This document shows, piece by piece, positions 1 to 10,075 of a stretch of DNA of 35,117 nucleotides. The notes below the pieces were generated by a model, which did not search any database, was not told where the DNA came from, and saw nothing but the letters and a program-made list of their open reading frames with translations. Every line of letters starts with the position of its first letter. The stretch's first letter is position 1. The position numbers and the translations under genes were made by a program. The DNA lies in NCBI RefSeq assembly GCF_004010195.1, contig NC_057752.1, positions 15,972,990-16,008,106 on the forward strand, in the 5' to 3' direction. Origin of the DNA: Chiloscyllium plagiosum. Its lineage: Eukaryota.

Positions 1-130
1 GCTTATCTCTCCACGCTTCAGGCTCTCTGCCTTTATTCCTGATGAAGGGCTTTTGCCCGAAACGTCGATTTTGCCTGTCCTCGGATGCTGCCTGAATTGC
101 TGTGCTCTTCCAGCACCACTGATCCAGAAT
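1..130 (+). mobile_element. Penelope-like element terminal repeat (pLTR), family A
   Basis: Same sequence family as the hammerhead-bearing end of the GIY-YIG element at 9262-9955 and the copies at 2507, 29600 and 30658. Confidence 0.75.
35..70 (+). ncRNA. Minimal type-I hammerhead ribozyme motif, intact core (PLE family A)
   Basis: CTGATGA (39-45), A, stem II GGGC-TTTT-GCCC (47-58), GAAA (59-62), C-GTC cleavage triplet (64-66); short stem I ATTC/GATT. Confidence 0.75.
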
Positions 131-432
131 GTCTTTTCCTTGGGCTGGGGGAGTCCGGAACTAGAGGGCATAGGTTTAGGGTGAGAGGGGAAAGATATAA
201 AAGAGACCCAAGGGACAACGTTTTCACGCAGAGTATGGAATGAGCTGCCAGATGAAGTGGTGGAGGCTGGTACAATTGCAATATTTACAAGTAATCTGGA
301 TGGCTATGTGAATAGGAAGGGTTTGGAGGAATATGGGCCAGGTGCTGGCAGGTGGGACTAGATTGGGTTGGGATAGCTGTTCGGCATGGACAGGTTGGAC
401 TGAAGGGTCTCTTTCCTATGACTGTGACTGTA
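131..432 (+). mobile_element. CR1 LINE 3' fragment
   Basis: ESGTRGHRFRV-like RT C-terminus and ctatgact tail; same family as 12674-13756. Confidence 0.85.
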
Positions 433-816
433 AGTATTTAGATGAACACACAAAATGCCATAATATACAAAGCCTGGACCAACTGGAAAATGGGATTAGA
501 TTAGGAACACGCATAATGACTCATAGGTATGATGAGCTGAAAGAACTCTTTCTGTGCTATAATACTTTATAACTCTGAGTCATATCTTTTGAGCACAGAA
601 TGTTACAATGATTTTTGACTTTGTTCACTCCAGTCCAAATCCAGCACCTCCACATCATGTTACAATAATGTGTTGGCAGCAGTCTGTACCTGGCCTCAAC
701 TTCCTCATTGAGACAGCAGGGGAACCTTGTAGTATCCAAACTATTGATTATATCTATCATTGATCTGTTTTCTTTGCTTCCTGAGGCAGGTGCTATACAA
801 GATTCCCTGACTCAAG

Positions 817-915
817 ATGCCTGCGGGTGTGTACTATTCAGTGCCATACTGTGCCATTTTTGTTTTGCCGATTCTTCTAATGGATGTGCCAGCTGTGGAG
901 GGATACGTGTGTGCA
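817..915 (+). CDS. RNF167: RNF167-like PA-TM-RING E3 ligase, first coding exon (signal peptide MPAGVYYSVPYCAIFVLPILLMDVPAVEGYVCA); exon probably begins at 790 with 27 nt of 5'UTR
   Basis: Pyrimidine tract plus CAG acceptor at 787-789; in-frame TGA at 808-810 upstream of ATG 817 (A at -3); hydrophobic core ending VEG; donor GTAAGT at 916; phase 0 joins the next exon. Confidence 0.8.
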
Positions 916-2121
916 GTAAGTCTCACTTCAAAATAAGCATTTTAAAAATAATCTGTTTTCCCTCCCATTCTGGCCCATATTAGGGGGAAAGGTTGAAAGT
1001 TTATTTATGTGCTGCTGTGATGACCCATTCAGTGAGTGAATGCCCCATTGGGATATATTCTTGAACCATACACCTCAGTTCCTGGTCTGTACTAACCCAC
1101 ATTAACTCACCAAGAACAGTGATGTCAAATGAGAGGCATTTCCAGAAGGCATTGGAGAAAGTACCACATTTAAAAAAAAAAAAGGGTTATTGCACAAAGT
1201 AGGAACTCATGATGTAGAGAGTAACATAGGTGCATGGATAGAAGCTTGGCTGGCTGGCCGAAAATGACAAGTATTTATAAATAGGTCCAATTTAGCAAGA
1301 TGTGACAAGTGGAGTCTCATAGGGGTCTTTGCTGGGCCACAACCTCTTACATTTTATGTCAAGTTACTTTAACTGAAAGGAGCAAAGGCACAGTGACCAC
1401 ATTTGCAGAACGTGCACACACAGGTAGGCAGGAAATTGTTATGTCACCTACATAACACGGATATATACTGATGTGGTTAAGTAAAGTTGGTTGGGCAAAA
1501 ATCTGACAGTTGGAGTGTAATGTGGTAAAATTGCAACCCCTTACTGTACTCCTTGTACACTCACGACTTTGTGGCCAAATTTCGTCTGAACTGCATCTAC
1601 AAGTTCGCTGATGACACCATTGTTGTCGGCCAGACAATGTCGAGACAGAATGCAAGAAAGAGTGAGTGCTTGGCAACATGGTGCTAAGCTAACAATCTCT
1701 CCCTCAATGTCAGCAAACCTAAAGAGCTGGTCATTGACATCAGAATCCAGGAGGTCGAAAGCATCAAGTTCCTAGGAGTGACTATCACCAGCAATCTGTC
1801 CTGGTCCACCCACATTGATGCAATGGTCAAGAAGGCACAACAGTGCCTCCTCTTCCTCAGGAAGCTAAGGAAATTCAGCATATCCATAAGGACCCTCTCC
1901 AATGTTTACAGATGCACCATAGAAATCATGTTATTTTTTATTCATTTGTGGGATGTGGGTGTTGCTGACTGGCCAACATTTATTACCCGTCCCTAGTTGC
2001 CCTTGATTAAGTGGTGGTGAGCTGCCTTGATGAACTGCTAAAGTTCACTTGCTGTGGGTGGACAATCCCATTAAGGAGGGAAATCTAGGATTTTGACCCA
2101 GCAACAGTAAAGGAACGGTGA

Positions 2122-2401
2122 CTCCCGCGTATGGAGTCGGGTATTACAAGGGGGCATAGCTTTAAATTAAGGGGGGGTAGATATAGGACTGAAGTTAGGG
2201 GTAGGTTCTTCACTCAGCGAGTCGTAAGTTCATGGAATGCCCTGCCAGCAGCAGTGGTGGACTCTCCCTCTTTATGGGCATTTAAGCGGGCATTTGATAG
2301 GTATATGGAGGATAGTGGGTTAGTATAGGTTAGGTGGGCTTGGATCGGCGCAACATCGAGGGCCAAAGGGCCTGTACTGCGCTGTATTCTTCTATGTTCT
2401 A
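2122..2401 (+). mobile_element. Young CR1 LINE 3' end
   Basis: ORF 2131-2328 TRGHSFKLRGGRYRTEVRGRFFTQRVVSSWNALP; (ttctatg)n tail; CpG-rich. Confidence 0.9.
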
Positions 2402-2506
2402 TATTTCCAAGTCAGGATGGTGGGTGGTTTGGAGGGGAACTTGCAGGGGGTGGTGTTCCCATGTATCTGCTGCCCTTGTCCTTCTAGATGGAAGTAGTCA
2501 GGAGGG

Positions 2507-2626
2507 CTGATGAGGGATTATTTCTAAGATGTCACCTGCTTCTTAGATGCTCCCTGACCAGCTGTGCTTTTCCAGCACCACACTCTCGACTCTGATCTCT
2601 AGTATCTACAGTCCTCACTTTCTCCT
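2507..2626 (+). mobile_element. Degenerate PLE family A pLTR with decayed hammerhead remnant
   Basis: CTGATGA at 2507 followed by a degraded stem II/GAAA, then gatgct...tgtgcttttccagcaccacactctcgactc. Confidence 0.6.
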
Positions 2627-2748
2627 CTGGAAGTTGGTGTGGTTTTGGAAGGTGCTGTGTGATGATCTTTGATGAATTTTTGTAGTGCATCTTGTACATA
2701 GTAAATGAGTGTCGGTGGTGGAGGGAATGGATGCTTGTGGATATAGTG

Positions 2749-3064
2749 CCACAGTGGCACAGTGGTTAGCACTGCTGCCTCACAGCGCCAGAGACCCGGG
2801 TTCAATTCCCGACTCAGGCGACTGACTGTGTGGAATTTGCACATTCTCCCCGTGTCTGCGTGGGTTTCCTCCAGGTGCTCTGGTTTCCTCCCACAATCCA
2901 AAAATGTGCAGGTTAGGTGAATTGACCATGCTAAATTGTCCGTAGTATTAGGTGAAGGGGTAAATGTAGGAGTATGGGTCTGGGTGGTATATGCTTCGGA
3001 GGGTCGGTGTGGACTTGTTGGGCCGAAGGGCCTGTTTCCACACTGTAAGTAATCTAATCTAATC
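2749..3064 (+). mobile_element. HE1-type tRNA-derived SINE
   Basis: A box tggcacagtggtt, B box ggttcaattcc, (aatct)n tail; eight copies in window. Confidence 0.9.
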
Positions 3065-4574
3065 AAACAGGTTGCTTTGTCTTGGATGGTGTCAATTTCT
3101 TGAATGGTTTTGGGGCTGCACCCGGATACATTGTGGCTTGGTACCTGAACTACTCTGCTCAGGACTGTAAGAAATTACAAAAAGTTGTGAACATAGCCCA
3201 GACCTTCACGCAAATCAACTCCCATCCATTGACTGCATATCCTGAGCATTGTAGTTCAGGTACCAAGCTATGATGCATCCAGGTGTAGCCCCAACAACAC
3301 TCAAGAAATTGACACCATCCAAGACAAAGCATCCTGTTTGATTGGCACTGCATCCACAAGCATCCACTCCTTCCACCACCGACACTCTGTAGCAGCAGTG
3401 TATAGTATCTACAAGATGCTGTGGAAAGGCAGCCAACATCACCAAATACCCTTCACACCCCGATTATAATCTCTTCCAACCTCTACATCAGGCAGACCAT
3501 ACAAAAGCTTAAACACATGTACCAACAGGTTCAAGAGCAGCTTCTTCCTGCTGTTGATCTTGCTTTTTGTGCACCTTCTTTGCAGCTATAACTTTGTATT
3601 CCTCACGTGTTCAATCACCCTAAGATCTTGATAAGTTATGATCTACCTGTACTGAGTGCAAAATAAAACTTTTCACTACTTCGGTACATGTGACAATAAT
3701 AAATCAAAATGTGAAGGTTTTCATTTTGGCAGAAAGAATAAAAAAAAGCAGAGTATCATTTGAATAGCAAACATCTGTAGAATTCCAAGGTCCACCAGTA
3801 TCTAGGTGTTCTAGTGTATAAGTCACAAAGTTGGTACAGGAAACAATTTAGAAGGCCAACATAATGCTGATTTTATTATCAGAGGAATTGAATAACAGAT
3901 GGTATTCTTTACTTATACAGCAATTTTGCTATGTATAGTTTTGGTTTCCTTATAGTTTTGGGAGATTTCCTAAATTGAATGGTGTAGCAGGCTTGAAGGG
4001 CAGAATGGCCTACTCCTGCTTTTAAGTGCTATATTCTCCCCATACAGCCCAGCTGTGCCAAGCTGTATCTTCCAAATTCCTCAGTCACCGGATGCATCTC
4101 TTTAAGCAGAGACCCTGTAGCCCCATGCATTTTACTTGGTAGCCCCTAGAAAGGGCACCTAGCTCATTATGACTACACAAGAACTGCTTTTTGAGAGCCT
4201 TTTTCTTGGGGGCTGAAAGACTATCTGCAGTTAGTGCAGCATTTGTTCCTGTTGTTTACAGTTGGGAACATTTTGCACAACTCAGAAAATCAAATTGCTC
4301 CCCCCTCCCAAATTAACTAGAATTAAAGAGACCCTCTCAAAACATAGCAATCTTATAAACTTTGCATTTGTAACATTTTGTTTTAACATCTACTCATTGT
4401 ATTTTTTACCATTGTTCTGCAATATCTTGCCTCTATCCAGCCACTTTGCTAACTGGTGCAGATCCTTCTGTCTCCTAAAGGAATTAGAGTAAAATCACTT
4501 CCAGTGTGAAAACCTGTCTGTAGTTTTTGAGAAGCACCCCTTCTTTCTGAAATCGGTTGCCATTGTGAATAAAC

Positions 4575-4821
4575 TTTAGGACAGAGATGAGGAGAGACTT
4601 CTTCACCCAGAGAGTGGTGGCTGTGTGGAATGCTCTGCCCCAGAGGGCAGTGGATGCCCAGTCTCTGGATTCATTTAAGAAAGAGTTGGATAGAGCTCTC
4701 AAGGATAGTGGAATCAAGGGTTATGGAGATAAGGCAGGAACAGGATACTGATTAAAGATGATCAGCCATGATCATATTGAATGGTGGTGCAGGCTCGAAG
4801 GGCAGAATGGTCTATTGTCTA
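4575..4821 (+). mobile_element. CR1 LINE 3' fragment
   Basis: FRTEMRRDFFTQRVVAVWNALPQRAV reading; CR1 3'UTR. Confidence 0.85.
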
Positions 4822-4898
4822 AACTTGCAAGGCAATGCAATGTCAACATCATAAATAGAAGGAAATATCAGGAATAATGGATCCATTTCTTTTGACAG

Positions 4899-4985
4899 TA
4901 CACAAACAGTACCCCCAACACCACCATGATCTTTGATGACCTACCATCAATGTTTGGCTATCAGCTACTAAGGGAGGGGCTGCAG
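4899..4985 (+). CDS. RNF167: RNF167-like coding exon 2 (YTNSTPNTTMIFDDLPSMFGYQLLREGLQ)
   Basis: tttcttttgacAG acceptor, GTAGGT donor, 87 nt phase 0-0; matches the F.DLP..FG..L..EGL motif of RNF13/RNF167. Confidence 0.92.
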
Positions 4986-5223
4986 GTAGGTTTATTGCTT
5001 TCAGCAAAGAATTCAAATTTTAAAACAAGGCATTTCTGTTGTGCTTTTCATAACTTCAGGATATTGCAAAAATGGGAGGGGAGGGGATACAGGAGGGAAA
5101 GGACAGACAGATTTTTAAAATTTGTCTATTATGCCTCGCTATCTTACCTCGTCATAATCTATCTGCTGCTTTCATTTAAACTGTTGCTCATGAAAGAGAA
5201 AATATTATTTGTGGCTCATCTAT

Positions 5224-5345
5224 GAGAGGTTGAGGGGGCAAATTCCACTCCAGAGACCATTCCAAATTTGTGCCTCAGTCAAGTACTTGGGGAGGGCTGC
5301 GCTGACAGAGATGTTTTCTTTTAGATGACACTTTGAACCAAAGTG
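5224..5345 (+). mobile_element. Ancient DeuSINE (SacSINE1-like) 5' fragment
   Basis: Degenerate resemblance, by recall, to ...ccactccagagac...gtactgagggagtgctgcactgtc... Confidence 0.4.
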
Positions 5346-5748
5346 CTATTGTAAATGATTCTTTGGGAAAGAACAAGAATGATCTCTATGCAGTCTGATT
5401 ATGAATGGTATAAATCAGAGGGAAAGTAAGAGTATTGAAACTTTGGGAAATTTGTATTAGTTTGGGACATCAGTTAATTGTAATATGTTTAACTTTACTG
5501 AGCACTCCAGCATACATGTTTACACCAGTTGTACCGCTAATGTGGAAATGTAAAACTGTCAAAGCAAGAATGCATCAGGCACTCTCCTTTTTTGGTCAGA
5601 TGTGCAAGAATGGTTGGATAATCTTGTTATTGTGCATTGCATCAATAAGGGAGGGAAAAGTTGATTGACTCTTGAGAAGATTAAGAAGTGTATTAAATAT
5701 TCTACATTCAAGATTTGAGAGCTGAGGAAAGGGGAACTTTATTGTTCT

Positions 5749-6066
5749 TTAGATTAGATTAGATTAGATTACTTACAATGTGGAAACAGGCCCTTCGGCC
5801 CAACAAGCCCACACCGACCCACCGAAGCGTAACCCACCCAGACCCACTCCCCTACATTTACACCTTCACCTAGCACCACGGGCAATTTAGCATGGCCAAT
5901 TCACCTGACCTGCACATTTTTGGACTGTGGGAGGAAACCGGAGTACCCGGAGGAAACCCACGCAGACACGGGGCGGGGGGAATGTGCAAACTTCACACAG
6001 TCAGTTGCCTGAGGCGGGATTTGAACCCGGGTCTCTGGCACTGTGAGGCAGCAGTGCTAACCACTG
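5749..6066 (-). mobile_element. HE1-type SINE
   Basis: Reverse complement of the 2749 copy; (ttaga)n tail. Confidence 0.9.
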
Positions 6067-6289
6067 GATATTTCAGTGTTTTGTTACTTTCCAAATAAAT
6101 TGGCAAGTTAATATTTCTGACCTTGTGGAGGTGCTCGATGTAAGTTAGTCATATGGCTTGATTGGGGAAGACAGGTACATGTAATTCACTGTTGCAGCTG
6201 CAGGTGGTCAGGCCTTAATGCGCGCTTTTTAATTAAACTAATTAAATTTCAAGTGAAAGTCACAAGTATTTCTTGTTGAATCCCTGTAG

Positions 6290-6412
6290 GGTTATTTGGT
6301 ATTTGCCAAGCCTGATAATGCCTGTGAACCTATTGCACCGCCACCTTCAAATACCACCAGCCTTGATTTTATTGTTATGATTCGCAGATATGGATGCAAT
6401 TTTGACGTCAAG
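6290..6412 (+). CDS. RNF167: RNF167-like coding exon 3, PA domain (GYLVFAKPDNACEPIAPPPSNTTSLDFIVMIRRYGCNFDVK)
   Basis: tccctgtAG acceptor, GTAGGT donor, 123 nt phase 0-0; NAC.PI.PPP and IRR..CNFD.K motifs. Confidence 0.95.
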
Positions 6413-6900
6413 GTAGGTAATAAAACTTGAGTAATATCATTTCCTGAGAAATATTTCAGACTGAACAGCTAAGGATCTGAAGTATTTGATTTTATTGTCG
6501 TTGATACATAATAGTCACCTAGACATGTGCACGATAACTGGGATTTGATTTTGCAAACGTTAAGCAGAGGAAGTATTGAGGAAATCTCATGCCATCTACG
6601 TATCACAGAAAAAATATCAAATAAAAGGATAAGCCTTCACACTCCTGGTCATCATATTGTCATCCATTTCTTGTGCATGTTGTGCTCAAGGTGAAGGGTG
6701 TAAGTGCTAGGATTAGATTCCTGCAGTGGTCATCTGTGCTGAACGGGGCAAATGCTGCCATGGGTGCTAACTACCATAATGATTCAGTTCATGATGTCTA
6801 TGCTGGTTCTGTGGAAGACTGATCCAGTTGACTACTTGATGTGTTAAGTGTACAGAACCAAAATCCATTGGTCACAATGTATATATACACTTTTTTAAAA

Positions 6901-6975
6901 AGAATAATGTATACTTTTGAAATAAAAATGTATTGTATGTTTGAGGTATGTCTATGGTTTGTTTGAATGGAGTAA

Positions 6976-7010
<35 letters not shown>

Positions 7011-7148
7011 GATATTTTTATGAATAAAATAAGAGAATAATGTATACTTTTGAAATAAAAATGTATTGTATGTTTGAGGTATGTCTATGGTTTGTTTGAA
7101 TGGAGTAAATATATATACACACACAGATATTTTTATGAATAAAATAAG
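6901..7148. repeat. Tandem duplication (6901-7033 and 7034-7148), each copy containing a (TA)n(CA)n microsatellite
   Basis: The two copies are identical except for microsatellite length. Confidence 0.9.
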
Positions 7149-7801
7149 TTTTTGGGTTTGGAAGAAAAATGTTGATTCCACATCCCAGCTGTTTGCCCAC
7201 CTTCTTGCAACTTTTTTTTCCTTCAATAATATAGCCCAATGGTAAAACTATTACTAAAGCTTTTTCCACCATCCTATCCAACGTTGCTGTTTTTTTAGTA
7301 TTCTTGTTAATCACCTTGAATCTCTGTCCTTTGATTATCAGCTATTTAGCATATGAAAAGTGTTTCTCTTCATTTTCTGTGGAGCACAGACTTCTAACGA
7401 ATAACCTGATCATCTCTGCCTCAGGAAAAGCTGCAACTTTCAATGTATTTCCTTCTTGGTGCTACACTACTAAATCTTCTCTGCTTCCAAAAGTCCCCTC
7501 ACCATTAAATGCACTGGCCTTTAATCACTGATTTACCCATCTGTTTGTTTTTGAACTGATGGTGTAACAATTATGGCCAGTCTCTCCACGATTTCAATCC
7601 TTCTTTTCCTTAGCATGAGGTTAGATGCAGAGTAAAGCATCCTCTACTCTTTTGAAATGAATGTAAATGGTTCTTCATTCTTCTATACAAAATGTAAAGC
7701 TCCTTCCACACTTGCCACCAAATACTCACAGGATAGCTATAGCACCAGCTTAATGAGAGTAAAGCTTCTTCTATATCCCACTGGGATGTGTCCCATCGTC
7801 G

Positions 7802-8123
7802 TGGGCGACACGGTGGCACAGTGGTTAGCACTGCTGCCTCACAGCGCCAGAGACCCGGGTTCAATTCCCGCCTCAGGCGACTGACTGTGTGGAGTTTGCA
7901 CGTTCTCCCCGTGTCTGCGTGGGTTTCCTCCGGGTGCTCCGGTTTCCTCCCACAGTCCAAAGATGTGCAGGATCAGGTGAATTGGCCACGCTAAATTGCC
8001 CATAGTGTTAGGTAAGGGGTAAATGTAGGGGTATGGGTGGGTTTCGCTTCGGCGGGTCGGTGTGGACTTGTTGGGCCGAAGGGCCTGTTTCCACACTGTA
8101 ATCTAATCTAAATCTAATCTAAT
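7802..8123 (+). mobile_element. HE1-type SINE (CpG-rich, young)
   Basis: Full head and tail as above. Confidence 0.92.
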
Positions 8124-8383
8124 ACCTACTTTGTCTTGCCAAGTTTTAACTGTACCTTTTTAATCTCAAACTGAATTGGGTGATCCTTCCCAACAATGTC
8201 TTCCAAGCCCATCCCTCTCTTTCTGTGGTTTGTTGCTGTACCCTGTCGTGTGTGTGGAGGAGTCCCCATGTTGTTTGATTTATAATCAAATAAAAAGAAT
8301 GAACATTATCATTGAAACAATCTTATTTAACTTGTCTAGCTGCTTAAGGGCCAGCACTAGTGCATTGTGTATTTTTGTTGCAG

Positions 8384-8471
8384 GTGCTTCAGGCACAGCA
8401 GGCTGGGTATAAAGCAGCAATCGTGCACAATGTCGACTCGGATCAGCTGCTCAGCATGCACTGGAGCAGTG
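8384..8471 (+). CDS. RNF167: RNF167-like coding exon 4, PA domain ([29 protein letters not shown])
   Basis: tttttgttgcAG acceptor, GTAGGT donor, 88 nt phase 0-1; AQ.AGY.AAIVHNV motif; the M-x-W ending resembles RNF167 rather than RNF13. Confidence 0.95.
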
Positions 8472-8515
8472 GTAGGTTCTGAGTCTCCAAAATTCTGAAA
8501 GAAATGTTCATTGTT

Positions 8516-8955
8516 TATTTCTTCTTCTCAGGCATTCCCTTTCGATTGAGGATGACTTACTCCACTCTGATTCGATTGGTTCTGAGGTGGCTGATTAGTT
8601 CAAACACATCCACGTGCAGGGCAGGTGATGCTGGAATGTCAGGCAGTTGAGGTGTTTGGAGGTTTGTGTATTCTCTCCAACCTCTCAGCCTTGCAAAGTC
8701 TCTAATTGTGTTTGATGCCTTGCTGAATAAGTCTTTGTTTGGTCAGACACAAGCAAAGGTCTCCCTATGAAATGGATCATATGGTTGATCTCTGCAGGGA
8801 GGCTTTAAGGACATTCCTAAGGCAAACCTGCCATTCTCCTAGGCTTCTGCTATGGTGACCAAGTAGCGTTGTTTTTTGGAAGCCTGCTGAACTGGGGTTG
8901 GGTTTGGGTGATGAGCACCTCTATGCTGGGAATGTTAGCTTGGGAGAGGATAGTT
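8516..8955 (-). mobile_element. RTE-clade LINE 3' fragment
   Basis: Minus-strand reading ILSQANIPSIEVLITQ; (ttc)n tail followed by aggcattccc...gaggatgact. Confidence 0.55.
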
Positions 8956-9117
8956 TTTTTTAAAATCACCTTTAATAAGTAAACATAGTTGTTGAATAGT
9001 GTGCAGTATTACCCCATAAAAAGCAGTGCCTAACCTAACCTGTTTATCTTTGTCATCTTGGTTAAGGGATGAATGTAGGGCAGTCTTCTGGGAGAAGTGC
9101 CTGCCTTTCCTTCAGTG

Positions 9118-9255
9118 GTTAAAAATCACACAACACCAGTTTATTGTCCAACAGGTTTATTTGGAAGCGCTACCTGATGAACGAGCAGCATTCCAAAAGT
9201 TAGTGCTTTCAAATAAACCTGTTGGACCATAACCTGGTGTTGTGTGACTTTTAAC
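9118..9255. mobile_element. Palindromic PLE-derived mini-element (family C) with decayed hammerhead in the loop
   Basis: Arms 9118-9172 and 9201-9255 are near reverse complements; CTGATGA at 9174. Confidence 0.7.
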
Positions 9256-9261
9256 TTTGTG

Positions 9262-9955
9262 AAAATGAGGATTGCAGATGCTGGAGGTTGGAGTCAAGAG
9301 TGTGATGCTGGAAAAGCACAGCAGATCAGGCAGCATCGGAGGAGCAGGAAAATCGATGTTTCAGGCAAAAGCCCTTCATCAGGAATGAGGCTGGAAGACT
9401 CGGGGGTGGAGAGATAAGTGGGAAGGGAGTGGGATGGGGGAACAGAGTTGAGAGTGCAGTAGGTGGATGGAGGTGTGGGTAACGTGATAGGTTGGGGGGA
9501 GAGTGGAGCAGATAGGTAGGAAGAAAGATGGACAGGTAAGACAGGTCATGAGAGCGGTGCTTGGCTGGAAGGTTGGAAATGGGATAAAGTGGGAGGGAGG
9601 GGAAATGAGGAAACTGCTGAAATCAATGTTGATGCCACAGGGTTGGAGGGCTGCGCGGCGAAAGATGAGGCAACCTTCCTCCAGGCATAAGGTGGTAAGG
9701 GAGTAGCAATGGAGGAGGCCCAAGGACCTGCATGTCCTCGGTGGAGTGGGAGGGGAGTTGAAGTGTTCAGCCATGGGTCAGTGGGTTTGGTTGGTGCGGG
9801 TGTACTGGAGATGTTCTCTGAAGCGCTCTGCATGTAGTAGAGAAGGCCACATCGGGAGTAATTGATACAGTAAATGACGTGGAAGTGCAGATGAAACTTT
9901 GGATGTAGAAGGCTCCTTTGGGGCCTTGGACAAGCTGAGGGTGGAAGTGTAGGCA
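9262..9955 (-). mobile_element. Penelope-like element 3' part: degenerate GIY-YIG endonuclease plus pLTR (family A) with hammerhead motif at 9351-9386
   Basis: Frameshifted HVIYCINYSRCGLLY / RFREH / AEHFNSP / LIFR..LQP.GIN motifs; minus strand reads CTGATGA-A-GGGC-TTTT-GCCT-GAAAC-ATC. Confidence 0.8.
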
Positions 9956-9957
9956 GA

Positions 9958-10075
9958 TAGACTCGAAACATCAGCTCTTTTCTCTCCTTCCAGATGCTGC
10001 CAGACCTGCTGAGATTTTCCAGCATTTTCTCTTTTGGTTTCAGATTCCAGCATCCGCATTAGTTTGCTTTTATTT
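9958..10075 (+). mobile_element. Related PLE pLTR 3' fragment in opposite orientation
   Basis: ctcGAAACatc (3' half of a hammerhead) then gatgctgccagacctgctg...tccagcatccgca, similar to the family A tail. Confidence 0.55.

Larger units (their letters stand above)
1934..3122 (-). mobile_element. Non-LTR LINE 3' part (CR1/L2-clade-like), itself interrupted by three insertions
   Basis: Tail tttttattcatttgtgggatg at 1934; coding-like remnant TTLKKLTPSKTK (degenerate); splits the Rex1-like ORF. Confidence 0.6.
1535..3705 (+). mobile_element. Rex1/Babar-like non-LTR retrotransposon 3' part, interrupted at about 1934-3122 and 3241-3420
   Basis: IYKFADDT motif; ORF 1778-1996 TITSNLSWSTHIDAMVKKAQQCLLFLRKLRKF...YRCTIE continues at 3123 as GYIVAWY.NYSAQDCKKLQKVV; tail tacatgtgacaataataaatc. 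Confidence 0.75.
1190..4025 (+). mobile_element. Old CR1 ORF2 fragment (1190-1530, resuming at about 3706) that hosts nested insertions
   Basis: Degenerate RT reading ...LECNVVK resumes as CEGFHFGRKNKK after 3706. Confidence 0.65.

Noticed and set aside
4908..4910. Alternative CAG acceptor for coding exon 2
   Set aside because: It gives a 76-nt exon that breaks the reading frame
7802..7875. tRNA gene (A and B boxes)
   Set aside because: This is the head of the HE1 SINE, repeated eight times with the SINE body and tail
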